From NCBI RefSeq assembly GCF_009914755.1, contig NC_060927.1: a DNA stretch of 64,000 bases; one strand, given 5' to 3'. Within the stretch, counting starts at the first letter, position 1; each line of letters starts with the position of its first letter. This document shows, in pieces, positions 45,086 to 56,820 of this stretch. Both the position numbers and the translations under genes were made by a program. Source of the DNA: the human T2T-CHM13v2.0 reference genome, Homo sapiens. Below the pieces are notes generated by a model, which worked only from the letters and a program-made list of their open reading frames with translations, was not told where the DNA came from and did not search any database.

Positions 45086-45699
45086 TTTTTTAAAAACATA
45101 ACTTATTAATCTGATAAAACCAAAAATGATGTGCAGCCTCTCAGCAGGTATTTCACTGTGAATAACCCCACATTTCTTGTGTAATTTGGTAGTCATTTAA
45201 ATACTATGCCCTCAACTCAAGAGTAGCATTGAAGATGAGAGGTGACAACAACAACTAGAAGACAGCCAGAAATAACCTTCATGGGAGTTGCTAATACCAG
45301 TGGGTTCATGTAATTCTATATTAAACCAAAAAAAATATATATGATACTGGACTCCGTCACAGCTCATTAGAATCACCCATAGATTTCCTAGATCCTTGCT
45401 TTTCCCAGTGGAAAACAATCTTCTATAGTTTCCTGATACTGAAGATATAGCAATCATATATCTGGCTTTACACAGACCGTACCTATTTAAGATAGCCTGT
45501 CTCATTGCTAGACCACATACCAACATATATGTCTTAAAATATAATCCTGCCAACAAAAAAAAATGGAACCCTAGAAATTTCAGAACCATTATTTTATCCT
45601 ATTTTAAGTCAGTTTTAAATTGCCAGTTAGCTGCAGTTTCCTCTTCTCAAGTAACTGAGCATTATATCAGTTCCACTAAAAATGTGGCGTTAGCTGACC

Positions 45700-46141
45700 G
45701 ATGGAATAAAATATTAGTAATACTTCACCTCCAGCCACTGGACGGACCAGTGGTGAGCCCTGCAGCCTAGGGGACAACCTTTAGCTGCTCAAGGATCAGA
45801 TTTCCTCTCTCTCTCTCTCTAACATGAATAAAGAGATACAGAGACCTTAGTACAACAGTTTAGGTACTTGACCTGCAAGTTCACACAGGGTCATATTTGA
45901 CTCCTTCATTTTTGACCACATGTTCAAAGATGAGATGCAGACAAAGATGGTCTCTTCTCTTGGATAGGAGAACGAAACAGACATACAAAGAAAAGCCTTG
46001 GCCCTAAAGGCCCCCAGGTCCTCAGAGGTCATACATCTTCCGTGGTGCCTGGCTGAGATTTGCTTCTTTATTTCTCAATATATCTTTCCATTTAGGCTTG
46101 CCTAAATGGTTCATTATTATGAAATTGCCTTGACTAAAACA
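45700..46141 (+). mobile_element. Old ERVL/MaLR-type LTR (family uncertain)
   Basis: 3' end ...ctcaatatatctttcc...gccttgactaaaaca resembles old MLT1/LTR33 termini. Confidence 0.35.
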
Positions 46142-46429
46142 CCAGAATCTGAGACACAAGTTGCTAACTGCTGAAGAAAACGCTTTATACAATTGTAGTA
46201 AATTTCTGGGCCATACAAATTAAAATATACTTTAAAGGTAGGTACTCAATGGAAGATAGATTTTTTTTTTTGTTCTTCACAATAATGTATCTTTTTTTTT
46301 AAAATCTACTACTACAAACACTTTAAACAGGACTTTCCATAAGTGCTATTCCCTTTAAAAAATTGGAAGGATCATTTACATTACTATTTCAAGCAAGTAA
46401 AGGGTGCAGGAAAATAGCTTGATTACATC

Positions 46430-46575
46430 CACTTGTCCTAACTTTTAACAAACTAGCTGTATGGCTGTGGGCCATCACTTTCTTTCATCAGGGCTCTATC
46501 CCTATCTAAAAACAAAGAGTTTAAATTAGATGCCATCAAAGATTTCTTCAAGTATTAGAATAATTGTAACTCTAA
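46430..46575 (+). mobile_element. MIR3-like
   Basis: aactagctgtatggctgtgggccatcactt...tttaaattagatgccatcaaagatttcttcaag. Confidence 0.6.
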
Positions 46576-46779
46576 ATTGATAGGAGATTACAAATGGTGC
46601 CTAAAAAAATTATAGTCACCATTAGGTTTCTCCAAGGTTTCAATTAACTTACTAAGCTGAGCATTGTGATAAGATTGCAATGTAATTGTGATTAATGTTG
46701 TAATCATTATGATAATTTTTATCATAACAAATCAGGAGGAGATCTTCTACAGCTACAAAGGCAACAGTATAATACAGGT

Positions 46780-46880
46780 TGTTGCTAATATTAACCATGC
46801 CTTTATTTACATGGAGTTTTACAGCTTAAGAAAACATTTTATATACATTATCTCATTTGATCTCACATCTACTCTATGAA
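46780..46880 (-). mobile_element. MIR fragment
   Basis: ttttatatacattatctcatttgatctcaca. Confidence 0.55.
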
Positions 46881-47005
46881 ATGCTCTTTAATTAAGTGTG
46901 CTCACAGAAATCGAGAATATTTGAAGACAGAATAATGGAAGTTTACAGAATGAGAAACTCCAACTTAATGGAGAAAATTAGTTTGATTCTTAAGGCAGGT
47001 AAAAC

Positions 47006-47545
47006 AGTGATTCCCAACATTTTAAGTGGGTGTGTAGGTCATAGATCATTTAAAAATCTGAAGAAAGTCATGAACCCTCACCCCAAAAATATATATGCCT
47101 GCAACTATTAAAAGTTAAATTTAATATAGGGAACCCCTATGATATGGTTAGGCTTTGTGTCCCCACCCAAATCTTATCTTGAATTATAATCCCCATAATT
47201 CCCATGTGTCAAGGGAGAGACCAGATGGAGGTAATTGGATCATAAGCAATTTCTCCATGCTGTTTTTGTGATTATGAGTGAATTCTCAACTAGATCTGAT
47301 GGTTTTATAGGGCAGTTTTCTCTGCTCTTGCTTGCTCTTCTCTCTCTCACCTGCCACCATGTAAGATGTGCCTCTTCTTCCCTGATTGTAAGTTTCCTGA
47401 GGCCTCCCCATCCCTGTGGAACTGTGAGTCAATTAAAGCTCTTTTCTTTATAAATTACGCAGTCCTGGGTATGTCTTTATACAAGTGTGAAAACAGACGA
47501 TTACACCCTAGAAGCCCATATACCTCTCACTATTTACCCCTGATT
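47006..47545. mobile_element. hAT-Charlie MITE (Charlie15-like) split by a THE1D LTR
   Basis: cagtgattcccaac terminus; aatctgaagaaagtcatgaaccctcaccccaaaaat; resumes ccctagaagccca. Confidence 0.5.
47140..47505 (+). mobile_element. THE1D-like solo LTR
   Basis: tgatatggttaggctttgtgtccccacccaaat...gattaca; 5-bp TSD cccta at 47135-47139 and 47506-47510. Confidence 0.92.
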
Positions 47546-47644
47546 TTAAGTCTAGAATGTTGCTCATTTTGGGAACTCAGCAAAGGGAAAAGAAAAAAGA
47601 ATTTTTCTCTATTGTCTATGAATTTAGGTAGCAGAAAATATTTT

Positions 47645-47862
47645 TAATATTTGTTGAGTATTGCCTACATGTTAAATATTTTCCTTCCTTATCTCATTTA
47701 ATTCTAACAATAGCCCTATAAAGTAGGAATCACCTTCAATTTACAGTTGAATCTCAGAGAGATCTAGTAACTTGTCACACAATTAGAAAACAACAGAAGG
47801 AATTTAAAATTAGGTGTCTCTGATACGATAGGATATACTCTTTCCACTACACCGTACTGCTA
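47645..47862 (-). mobile_element. MIR (MIRb-like)
   Basis: taatatttgttgagtattgcctac; tctcatttaattctaacaatagccctataaagtagg; ctctttccactacacc. Confidence 0.75.
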
Positions 47863-48741
47863 ACATGTAGACACATTGTTCAGAAAATTAGCACTTTTGT
47901 TTCGACTGCCCTTGTTAAAATTGGGCTTAAAAATTTAGGTGACCATATTTGCATAACTACATCCTTAAAGTTCTTAACAAGAGGTGAGGAGCGTTAACGT
48001 TCCTAAAGAGGTAATGGTGTTGCTTTACATGTGGGGAATTGTTTGTATTGTGAGGATACAACGAGGTAAATAGAACAGACTAAGGATAGAGCCAGGCTCA
48101 GGGAAGCACATCACAGATAAGCCAATTAGGAAAGATGCTAGAATATTTATGATATCAGAAGCAAGAAGGAGATACAAGCATTTCCACCAGAGGGAAATGT
48201 GGGACTACCACGAAAGATAGAGTAGGGTCATAAGTGTCACCTGTTTTCAGATATGTAAGCACTGCAGCAGGACTGGAGCCTCCCCACAACATTTGGGAAA
48301 AACCACCTCCTGTGACTTGCATGGTTCAGTCCCAGAATTCTGGGGCACAACCCTATTATTCCTTTATTGGCCCAATCCCATAATTCCTACTCCTACCTTC
48401 TTTAATGAACTCCCAAATAGTGTCCTTAACACCTTTCAGGGGTCGTTAGTAATAGCCTGTTAGTGAAACCAAAACAGGTTAGCTCTCTGGGCCATTGTTT
48501 CCTTTCAGCTCACCTGACTGCTAAAGAAAGGAACTAATACCCTTATAACAACTGCTAACAGAAGGCTCCACCAGAGCAGTTCCCATGGGAGCTTCTCCTG
48601 AGAATTGGATGCTGCCATCACTGGATAAAGAGAGGGTCGTTTCTCCAGGGACTAAGTCCTTGGAAATCCCAGTTCTCACCTTGCCGTTGTATACAATATG
48701 TTTCTCTCATAGTCTCCACTGCAATGCCAGACATCCACTGC

Positions 48742-49510
48742 TATTATAGGACCGAACTGGGGTCTGCCCGCCTGGCACAGGAAGACCAGATATCCACACT
48801 GAAGTTTGCAGTGGGAGAAAGGAGGGCATTTATTTGCAGGGCACCAAGCAAAGAGGAGTAGGTAGCTAATACTTAAATCCTGACCTCTCCAGAGACTTGA
48901 AGATAAGGGATTTTAAAGGCAGTGGTACATTTTTGGAAAGCCAAAATTATAAATTAATAAATGGTGGCTACATATTGATTTTAACCTAAAAGGGCAGGAT
49001 GGCTTGAAGCAGGAGCTTACAGGTTATATGTAGATTCAAAGATTTGCTGAATTGCAATTGGTTAAGGAGGAGAAGCTTTGTTTTAGAATTTGGGGTCAGC
49101 AGAAAAAATGTTAGCTCTGGCTTGTGGGTGTGACTCCTTTCAAGCCCCTCAGGCAGAAATTGAGAGCAAAGAAGAGCGGTCAGAGTTGAGTCTTCACTTC
49201 CTCCTTATCTGAGTTCTATGTGCCACTGGATCAATTCACTGGGATCCCGGTTCCTGAAAAACAACTTTGAAACATATGTTAAGATGTTTTCTTTAGTTTC
49301 TATAAGGGCACCAAACATCCCATGGTTCTAGGTTCCTTGACTATTGTTTTAGGCTACTATTACTTTCTTGTTTATCAAGTTGATTATTTACTTTTCAGGG
49401 TTATCTAGGTGCCAGGAATGTCCCTTGAAGGAATTCAAAATTTTACGTTATTTCCATGCTTTTGGTACAGAGGACACAGGTCCTTAAGAGGGCATTCCTG
49501 CTTCGTCTGA
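48742..49510 (-). mobile_element. ERV1 solo LTR (LTR39-like)
   Basis: ggaccgaactggggtctg...gggagaaaggagggcatttatttgcagggcaccaagc; other end caggtccttaagagggcattcctgcttcgtctga; flanks ctgc/ctcc. Confidence 0.7.
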
Positions 49511-51074
49511 CTCCTAAGGCTTCCAATTGGTAAATCTGGTAAAAGAACAAAAATGTATCTATTTATCCATCCATCCATCCAACCATCCTCCTGTCTATCT
49601 ATTTTTTTTAACTCCTGGGGTAATACTAGTAATCAGTTTGGAATATCTCTGCGCTACAGAATATGCATAAGCAGGTGTGCAGTTCAGATTTTTTACATGG
49701 AATATCACCAGAAACAAATATTCAAAAATAATTTCAGAGTCTAGAATATGCTATAATGCATTTGAAGATGAATAGTAATTTTTATTAGGTCAGTTTAGGA
49801 GAAGAACTGCATGCATTTTTTGTAAGATGTAAATACACAATTATGTGTTATTCATTATTTGGCACAACTTGTAGCTGTCAAAAAGTTAGCACTTTTCTCT
49901 CTTCTAGACGCACCTCTATGCTTAAGACTTATTTTCTTAGCCTCAGGCTGAACTGTCCCTCCAGACATCCAGAGAAAGCAAGGCACTCTTCTGTTTGAAA
50001 CGCTGCTTTATCCCCTGGACTCCATGTGCAAATTGACCTCCTCAAAGTCCCTTGAACTGTGACTCAAATTTTATCTGCTATAATAAAATTTTATCTGCTT
50101 TTATCTCAATCTCAATCTCAATGACCACATCCCAGGTTTACCTCTAATTATAATATTATAAATATGTAATATTTATATTTATATATTATATTTATATCTA
50201 GTATTATGTAATTATCTTTCCTAATAACCGTAACTTTATTTACATCCTTTTGTAGTTCTTATTTACCAAGTAGGTGCTACTGTAATTGATTCACATTTCA
50301 GCTACCTTGCCTCAGGGTCATGATTTCCTCTGGCATTATGAGAATTACTCTCCTACATTTCTGTTTTACACCATGAATCCTGTTAAACAGGGATAACCCA
50401 GCTTGATTTGTAAGAAGAGGTAGTTTCTACAAAAAATTGACGGGCTTTAAATTTTGAAAACTATTGTGTGGCAAATATCACCACAGGGCTTTGAAAACTC
50501 CAAATGAAAACTAAAGAATCAGTATTTTAGAATTTGCCATTTTAAGACCTTAGTAAAGATGCAGGAAATAAGACAAAGGGACAGAAGAAGTTAAAGAAGT
50601 AAAAACTACATTAAAAAAGTAAAAGTTTAAGGTCACTTGTAGGATAGAGGCTAAAAATTAAAAGAACAATTGATAGCAGAATGTTAAAAATCCTGGCAGT
50701 GACTCCATACCTCAGTTATTTCAATGTAGTTATCCTACCACATTTTTACAAGGTTTTGCCCATTTTGTATTCATATGGAATACCACATGGAGCTCGTGTG
50801 TGTGTGTGAGAGACTCAAATCTGCTATTACCCAATCTCACTAACACATTTTCTTTAAATTGCCCTGCAATTCCCAGTGACTTCAACTTCAATTTAATACC
50901 AGAATAATTGACTCCTGGTTAATTCCGAACTTCTTTCACAGAAAAGAGACTGATATTGTGTACTGTATTTTCGGAGAGCCATGCTGACTGTGCTCAGAGG
51001 GAGCTGGACTTTGTGTCTTATCTTCAGGCCAGAAATCATGAGTTCTGTTGAACACAGGAAAGCAAGAGTCGCAA

Positions 51075-51219
51075 ATGTTATGCATGCAGCAAGAAGGCAT
51101 TTACCAGATGCCAGTGTCATGCTTCCCAGTCTCCAGAACTGTAAGAAATAAGTTTATTTTTATTATAAATTACCCAGTTTGTGGTATTCCATTATAGCAA
51201 CAGAAAACAGACTAAGACA
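51075..51219 (+). mobile_element. MST-type LTR 3' fragment
   Basis: gcaagaaggcatttaccagatgccag...ccagaactgtaagaaataag...acagactaagaca. Confidence 0.8.
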
Positions 51220-51269
51220 TTATGTGTAGAAAACTCAGATTTATTAAATGTTAACGTATTGCTGTATTC

Positions 51270-51945
51270 GTTCCAGATCATGCTTTGTAAAAGAAATAAA
51301 ACATTATAAATACAGCTAAGACCCCACTCCTTATTTCTTCTTCCTTCTTTTCCAGAGGTAACCACCATTCTGATGTTAATATTTATCAGTTTCAAACACA
51401 TTTTAAAAAATGCATATACTATCATTTGTATATTTTCTAATTTACACACAGATATCATCACACTCTTAAATATCATTTTATCACTCAGTCTATTGATCTT
51501 TTTAGTTATATGCATTGTGATACATGAAGCTCTGACTAATTCATTTTAACTGTTATGCAGCATTCCACTTTACTAATTAAAGATACACACTTATTACTCT
51601 ATTAAGAGATGGTTAGGTAGGTCGTTGTCATTTTTCTTCTATTTTAAAAATACAATAATTATCCTTCTTCTGCAAGTTTTGGAAAAATTTTATAATTAGA
51701 TATCTAGAGGTCTACTGTTTTAGATATGTAGTAGAATCAATGGGTATCTTTAGCCCTACAAGATTCTGACAAATTGCTTTCCAAAGTTTTGGTAGCAATT
51801 CATACTCTTACAAAAGGCTATTTCTCTTATCTTTGCCACAGTAACGCACTCTTAAATTTTACAAATTGATAGTGTGTAAAATGGTATATAATTATGTATT
51901 TTTAATTTGTTTTGCTCTAATTACTAAAATAATAAAGCATCTTTT
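51270..51945 (-). mobile_element. Old L1ME fragment
   Basis: ccagaggtaaccaccattctga; aaattgctttccaaagttttggtagcaatt; tttaatttgttttgctctaattactaa. Confidence 0.7.
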
Positions 51946-52099
51946 AATAGTTCCCTTATTATTACCTTTACATCTTTTTGTTGGTCTTATTAAGGGCCTG
52001 GGAAGCAAGCGAGATAGAGAACAAACACAAGAGTCCAACCAATAAGTTACAAAAATAAGTGGCTCCTGCCTAATGATAGCTTGGATATTGCATTTATAA

Positions 52100-52290
52100 C
52101 ATAAATATAAAATATTATAAATGTTATAAATATATAGGTATATATTATATATACATATATAATTGTATATAATTTTATATGTATTTATATATTGTATATA
52201 GTTATATATTATATACATGTATAATTATATATAAATAATATTATAAATACATATTTCTGTTATAAATTAAACACATATAAATATGTGTGT
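52100..52290. repeat. AT-rich degenerate (TA)n low-complexity tract
   Basis: Nearly pure A/T with tata periodicity. Confidence 0.85.
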
Positions 52291-54186
52291 AATAGCTTAC
52301 ATTGACTCTGTTGCCTTTGTATTACAGCATTCGTCATCACAATTCTTATGTACTTATTCTGCCCTTCTTAAAATAATTGTCAACCAAAGAGAAAAACAAA
52401 AACATAAAAATAATTTGAAATAATGGAGTATATTTCTCTCAAAATTGTGATGAATGAGAAAACTCTCACATGCCTCTCTGGGATAAAATGACCCTTTGAA
52501 TATTTAAGTGAGTTAGGAAGATATGATAAATTTAATTAATGAGCTACAACTAAAATACAAAGAAAGATCAGCATGGCCAAAGTCTCTCAGCTATTTCTGA
52601 CAGAGAAAAACTAACATGACTATGAAATAGCTTCTTATTTTTAATTAAAGAACTATCAATCATATAAGATTTTACTGTGGGGCATCTTTTTAGAGCAAGT
52701 CATCCACTATTGTATCTCACGGAAATTTAAAAATAGAAAATCTTATTTTCTCCATTCACTGTCATTACCTTTGGTATTAATTGCCATAGACATTGTGGAT
52801 ATATAGGATGAAATGTTTCAAGCAAGCGCAATTACTATGGCAGCTCTGCATTTTTTTACATTTCATATTTTTCCCTGATTTATATGCTTTTAGGTTACCC
52901 ATTAACATGCTTTGTTGCATTCCATGTAAACTGAAATGGGATCAATGCACATCTTAAACTCATTATGCTGATATTACAAATGCAAATTGCCTGCTACCTA
53001 CAGAGTAGTTAAATATCATCCTGCAGTTTCCTGCTACTTATGAACAATTTAGAAATAACATCTGCAATTTTAAATATGTTTTCTTTGTCTACTCAACCTT
53101 GCAGTGCTCCAAAATATATGCCATATCTTGGAGAAAGACTTACAAAGTCAAACAGACCATGACCCCTTTGCTTGCCAGATTACTGAGTTAGAAATGAAAA
53201 TGCATAGCCACTGTGTTCAAGTCAAAATACTAGGAAATTCTCAATAGCTTCATTGTACATTTGTTTGTTGAAGTATCAACACGAACACCTTACTGTCCAC
53301 ACATGGGGGCCATACTTCCCAGCAGGTGGCTTTTGGTTTTTACAGCCTCTCATGACAGAGCAGCAAACATTGAATATCCCAGGGCATTCCAAAGTGATGC
53401 TTTGTGAAGCTTCTCCCACTAGCAGCATTACAGAAAGGTACTGATCAGAAAATAAATAGCCAATTTGACCACAATGTGTAACGGCAATTCTAGGATAATA
53501 TGGGTTTCAAAAGCATAATTATGAAACTAACTCTTTAAAAATATTGTATGAGATGTCTAAGCAATTCATATAAGGACATATTCTAATCTTAATCATCAGG
53601 AAAAAAGTTTGATTCCTTTACTTCTCTTGGATCTCACCCTACTCAAGTATAAGGCTCAGGGTTTGATTAATAATTTGTGCTTTCCTCCTCAGGTTTGGGA
53701 CTTCATTTGATCTCTCAATAAATGCCAATGTATAGCTGGTTTTCCTTTAAAAAATTATTTTTCTATCCCTTATTTCTTCCTTATATATCTACCACTAGTC
53801 TACTTGTACATGCTCCTTCCTAGATCTCATGTCCTGTGAACCTCCCAGAGCAGCAATTCACTCACTTGATAAGCTCATCAATGCTTCTATGCCATAGGAA
53901 AGGAGGTAATCACTAATGACATGCATTTTAGAGGTTTCTTTGCTTATTTCTTTCCTGTTGTCCAACAAAGATGATTTTAATTGGAAAGTTCAAGCCAGAA
54001 GGAAGAGAAAAACAGTGAGTGAGTTGGTAGTACAAAAAAAAAGTGGCATTTTGAAGATACTCTAGGTGTTATTTCTTTAATTTCTTTTACTGTAGCATAC
54101 GTAATGATTCAAATGTATTATCCCTTTATTATATCATAATAAAAATTTGTAATTAAGTTCATCTAGTGAAGTATTAATAAAGACAT

Positions 54187-54575
54187 TGTACTGGTTTCTT
54201 AGGGCTACCATAACAAAATACCACAGACTTGGTGGCTTAAATAACAGAAACTTATTTTCCCACAGTTCTGGAGGCTGGAAGTCCATAATCAAGGTGTGGT
54301 AGGTTTGGTGTCTCCTGAGGCCTCTCTTCTTGGCTTGCAGATGGCCCCTTCCTCACCATGTCCTCCCATGATCTTTCCTTTGTGTACATGAATCCCTGGT
54401 CTTTGTGTATACAAATTTCCTCTTATAAGGATACCAATGAGATTAGATTTGAGCCTACCCTGATCACCTCATTTGAACTTAATCACCGTTTTAAGCCTTT
54501 ATCTTCAAATGCATTCACATTCTGTGATACTAGGGGCTAGAGCTTCAATAGATGAATTTAGGAGGAACACAACTC
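54187..54575 (-). mobile_element. MLT1B-like LTR
   Basis: gggctaccataacaaaataccacagacttggtggcttaaataacagaaa...cacagttctggaggctggaagtcc...cttataaggatacca. Confidence 0.88.
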
Positions 54576-55022
54576 CTAAATGGAGTGCTGAAAACCTCGC
54601 ACTCCATTTTGAATGCTTCGCTTTAAAAGGAATTTTGACAAAACAGAGTATATGCATGGAATCATGACATAGTTTTGAATTCTGGTCATTCTTTCTTTAG
54701 AATATAGTTAAACAAATTGGTAACAACAAATATTTACCAGAAATACTATGTGTCCCCTGTTTAACAAATCTGGCATTAACTGATTAGCACATTACAAGCC
54801 TGGACATGGTTTCTGAGTGCTTTTCACTCCTGCTTTCTTGGCTGTTGCTAATAATTGATAAGAATTGGTACATAAAAAGAAACTTATTTGCCATGGTTGA
54901 TTCACATCTTAAACTGGAGGTCATAAAATTAAAAACATATATTGTAAATAAGTTAATTTATTCGTGTTATTCCTCCATACCTAAACACTATTGTATTAAT
55001 ACAGTCTATAAGCCCAAGTGCT

Positions 55023-55225
55023 CAGTGTTTTTCAAAAATAGTATGTATTATTGGCATTTATGTGGACAAATTCATTGTGCTGTACTCTGCATTGGCTACT
55101 ACTACGTTGTCTCCTACTCTACACTGCCTACTCCTAAATGTTTGCAATATCCCCCAGTCATTTTGACAACCAGAAATGTCCCTTCACGTTTCCAAATTTC
55201 TCTTGAGGTAGGTTCTGCTACAGTT
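55023..55225 (-). mobile_element. hAT-Charlie MITE (MER20-like)
   Basis: cagtgtttttcaaa terminus; cccccagtcattttgacaaccagaaatgtcc...ttccaaatttc. Confidence 0.6.
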
Positions 55226-55374
55226 ATGAAGTGCAAAAAGCTACAAACACAGTCACATCACATTATAATAATATCACCTAAAATCCTTTAAGATTTTTCA
55301 AAAGTTGTTTTTCTCAACCTGCTTTGCTTGTTCTCAGAGTTTTGTAGGTATGGTCGTTAAATTTTATCTTGCTG

Positions 55375-55890
55375 ATTTAGCAATGTATACCAGATTTTGA
55401 AAAAGTTTGCCATTTGACCCTACATTTCCATTTCTAGAAACTGAATATATATACAGGCAAGTATGTAGAGATGAATACACACAGGTATCATCAAAACATT
55501 CTTGATCATGATAACACATATCAAACTACTAAATGTTTGTCCAGAATCCATTGTTAATTATAGTATATCTACCTAGTGGAATACTTTGTAGCCACCATGA
55601 TGCTGAATGACACATAAATTTATTAACCTGGAAAGATGATAATTAAGAAAACAGTGCAATAAAATAATATTCTAATATGTTACAAAGTGTGTGTATAACA
55701 ATACACAGAAAATATATATATATATATATACATACAGTTTTAAAATTTATTGTTTCAAGGTACTAGAAAACAATAAGTTAGGTTATTTAATTATGTGTAT
55801 TAGGCCTGGCATATAACTTTTTTTTAATATGGCTCCTAGTTTTTTACAATAAATACTTATTATTGTTATGATCAGAAAAAAAATTATTAT
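55375..55890 (+). mobile_element. Old L1ME fragment
   Basis: ccatttgaccctacatttccatttctagaa; tagtatatctacctagtggaatactttgtagcc. Confidence 0.6.
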
Positions 55891-56242
55891 AATTTATCTT
55901 GTCACGTTTGATTCATAATTCCACCCTTAGATCTTCTACATCCCAATTCAATCATTTGATGTATTTTTGCATCATTCCTAAACCTGAAAAACAGTCTCCA
56001 AATCTTGACTCAAATTTTGAATAGACTCATCTATACAGGACTAAAGAAAGAACCTTAAGCTAAGTCACTAGAAAATCCCTTTATTAGCCAATACTCTTTT
56101 AGTAAAGTTAATCAACTATATGGTTCACAAGAGCGTCAATAAAGATTTAGTGTAAATTGCCTCGTTGAGTTCCCCAAATGATATATCAATTGCCTTGTCC
56201 TTATCCATTTAGAGTAGTACTTATAAAATATTTTTTAAAAAT

Positions 56243-56345
56243 TAAGAAAGAAAGGAAGATCAAGAGAGAGAGAAAGGAAGGAAGGAAAGAAGGAAGGTAG
56301 GAGGGTAGGAAGAGAGGAAAGCGAGAAAGTAAAGAAGGAAAAAAA
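56243..56345. repeat. Purine-rich (GGAA/GA) simple repeat
   Basis: aagaaagaaaggaag...ggaaggaaggaaagaagg. Confidence 0.85.
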
Positions 56346-56379
56346 TGTGATAATTTGATTTGATTTATTTTTTGTAAAC

Positions 56380-56820
56380 CCATGCTGATCCCCTTCAATA
56401 AGCTGTTCTAGAATCTTTCCTGAATCCCTAATATGCCTCCCAACTATGTCATGCTCTTTTTTGCCTTCAGATCTTGACCCATGCCATCTTTTTCTTCTGG
56501 AGAGCTCTCTCAGCTCCCTGTCCCCTCCACACATATACCTTCCCCCACACATATACCTTCACATTGTAATTGTCATTTTTTAGTGGATCTCCTGGTAAGA
56601 AATTAAAATCTTTTACTTTATACTCTTTGGAATCCCATTTTGTACTATTTGCTTCTGCATTAACTGACTATTTACTTGTATGTAATCTCTGGATCATAAA
56701 CTCATTAAAGTTCAGGTTAGTTTTCTGTTTACTACTGTATTCCTAACACCTAATACCATATCTGGCACATTGGTATAAATGGTATACATGATTACCGAAT
56801 GACTAAATGGCTGAATAAAA
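56380..56820 (+). mobile_element. L2 3' end
   Basis: tttactactgtattcctaacacctaataccatatctggcaca...gaatgactaaatggctgaataaa. Confidence 0.6.

Noticed and set aside
48010-48740. Possible very old LTR fragments
   Set aside because: Could not assign a family or boundaries from sequence alone.
53670-53910. Plus-strand acceptor ctttcctcctcag with downstream gag|gtaatc
   Set aside because: Weak donor, no other support; indistinguishable from a pseudo-exon.
54806-55291. 161-aa ORF
   Set aside because: Overlaps a MER20-like MITE; composition reflects AT-rich noncoding DNA; no motifs.
56526-56560. Duplicated ccacacatataccttc
   Set aside because: Two-copy slippage duplication inside an L2; no further structure.
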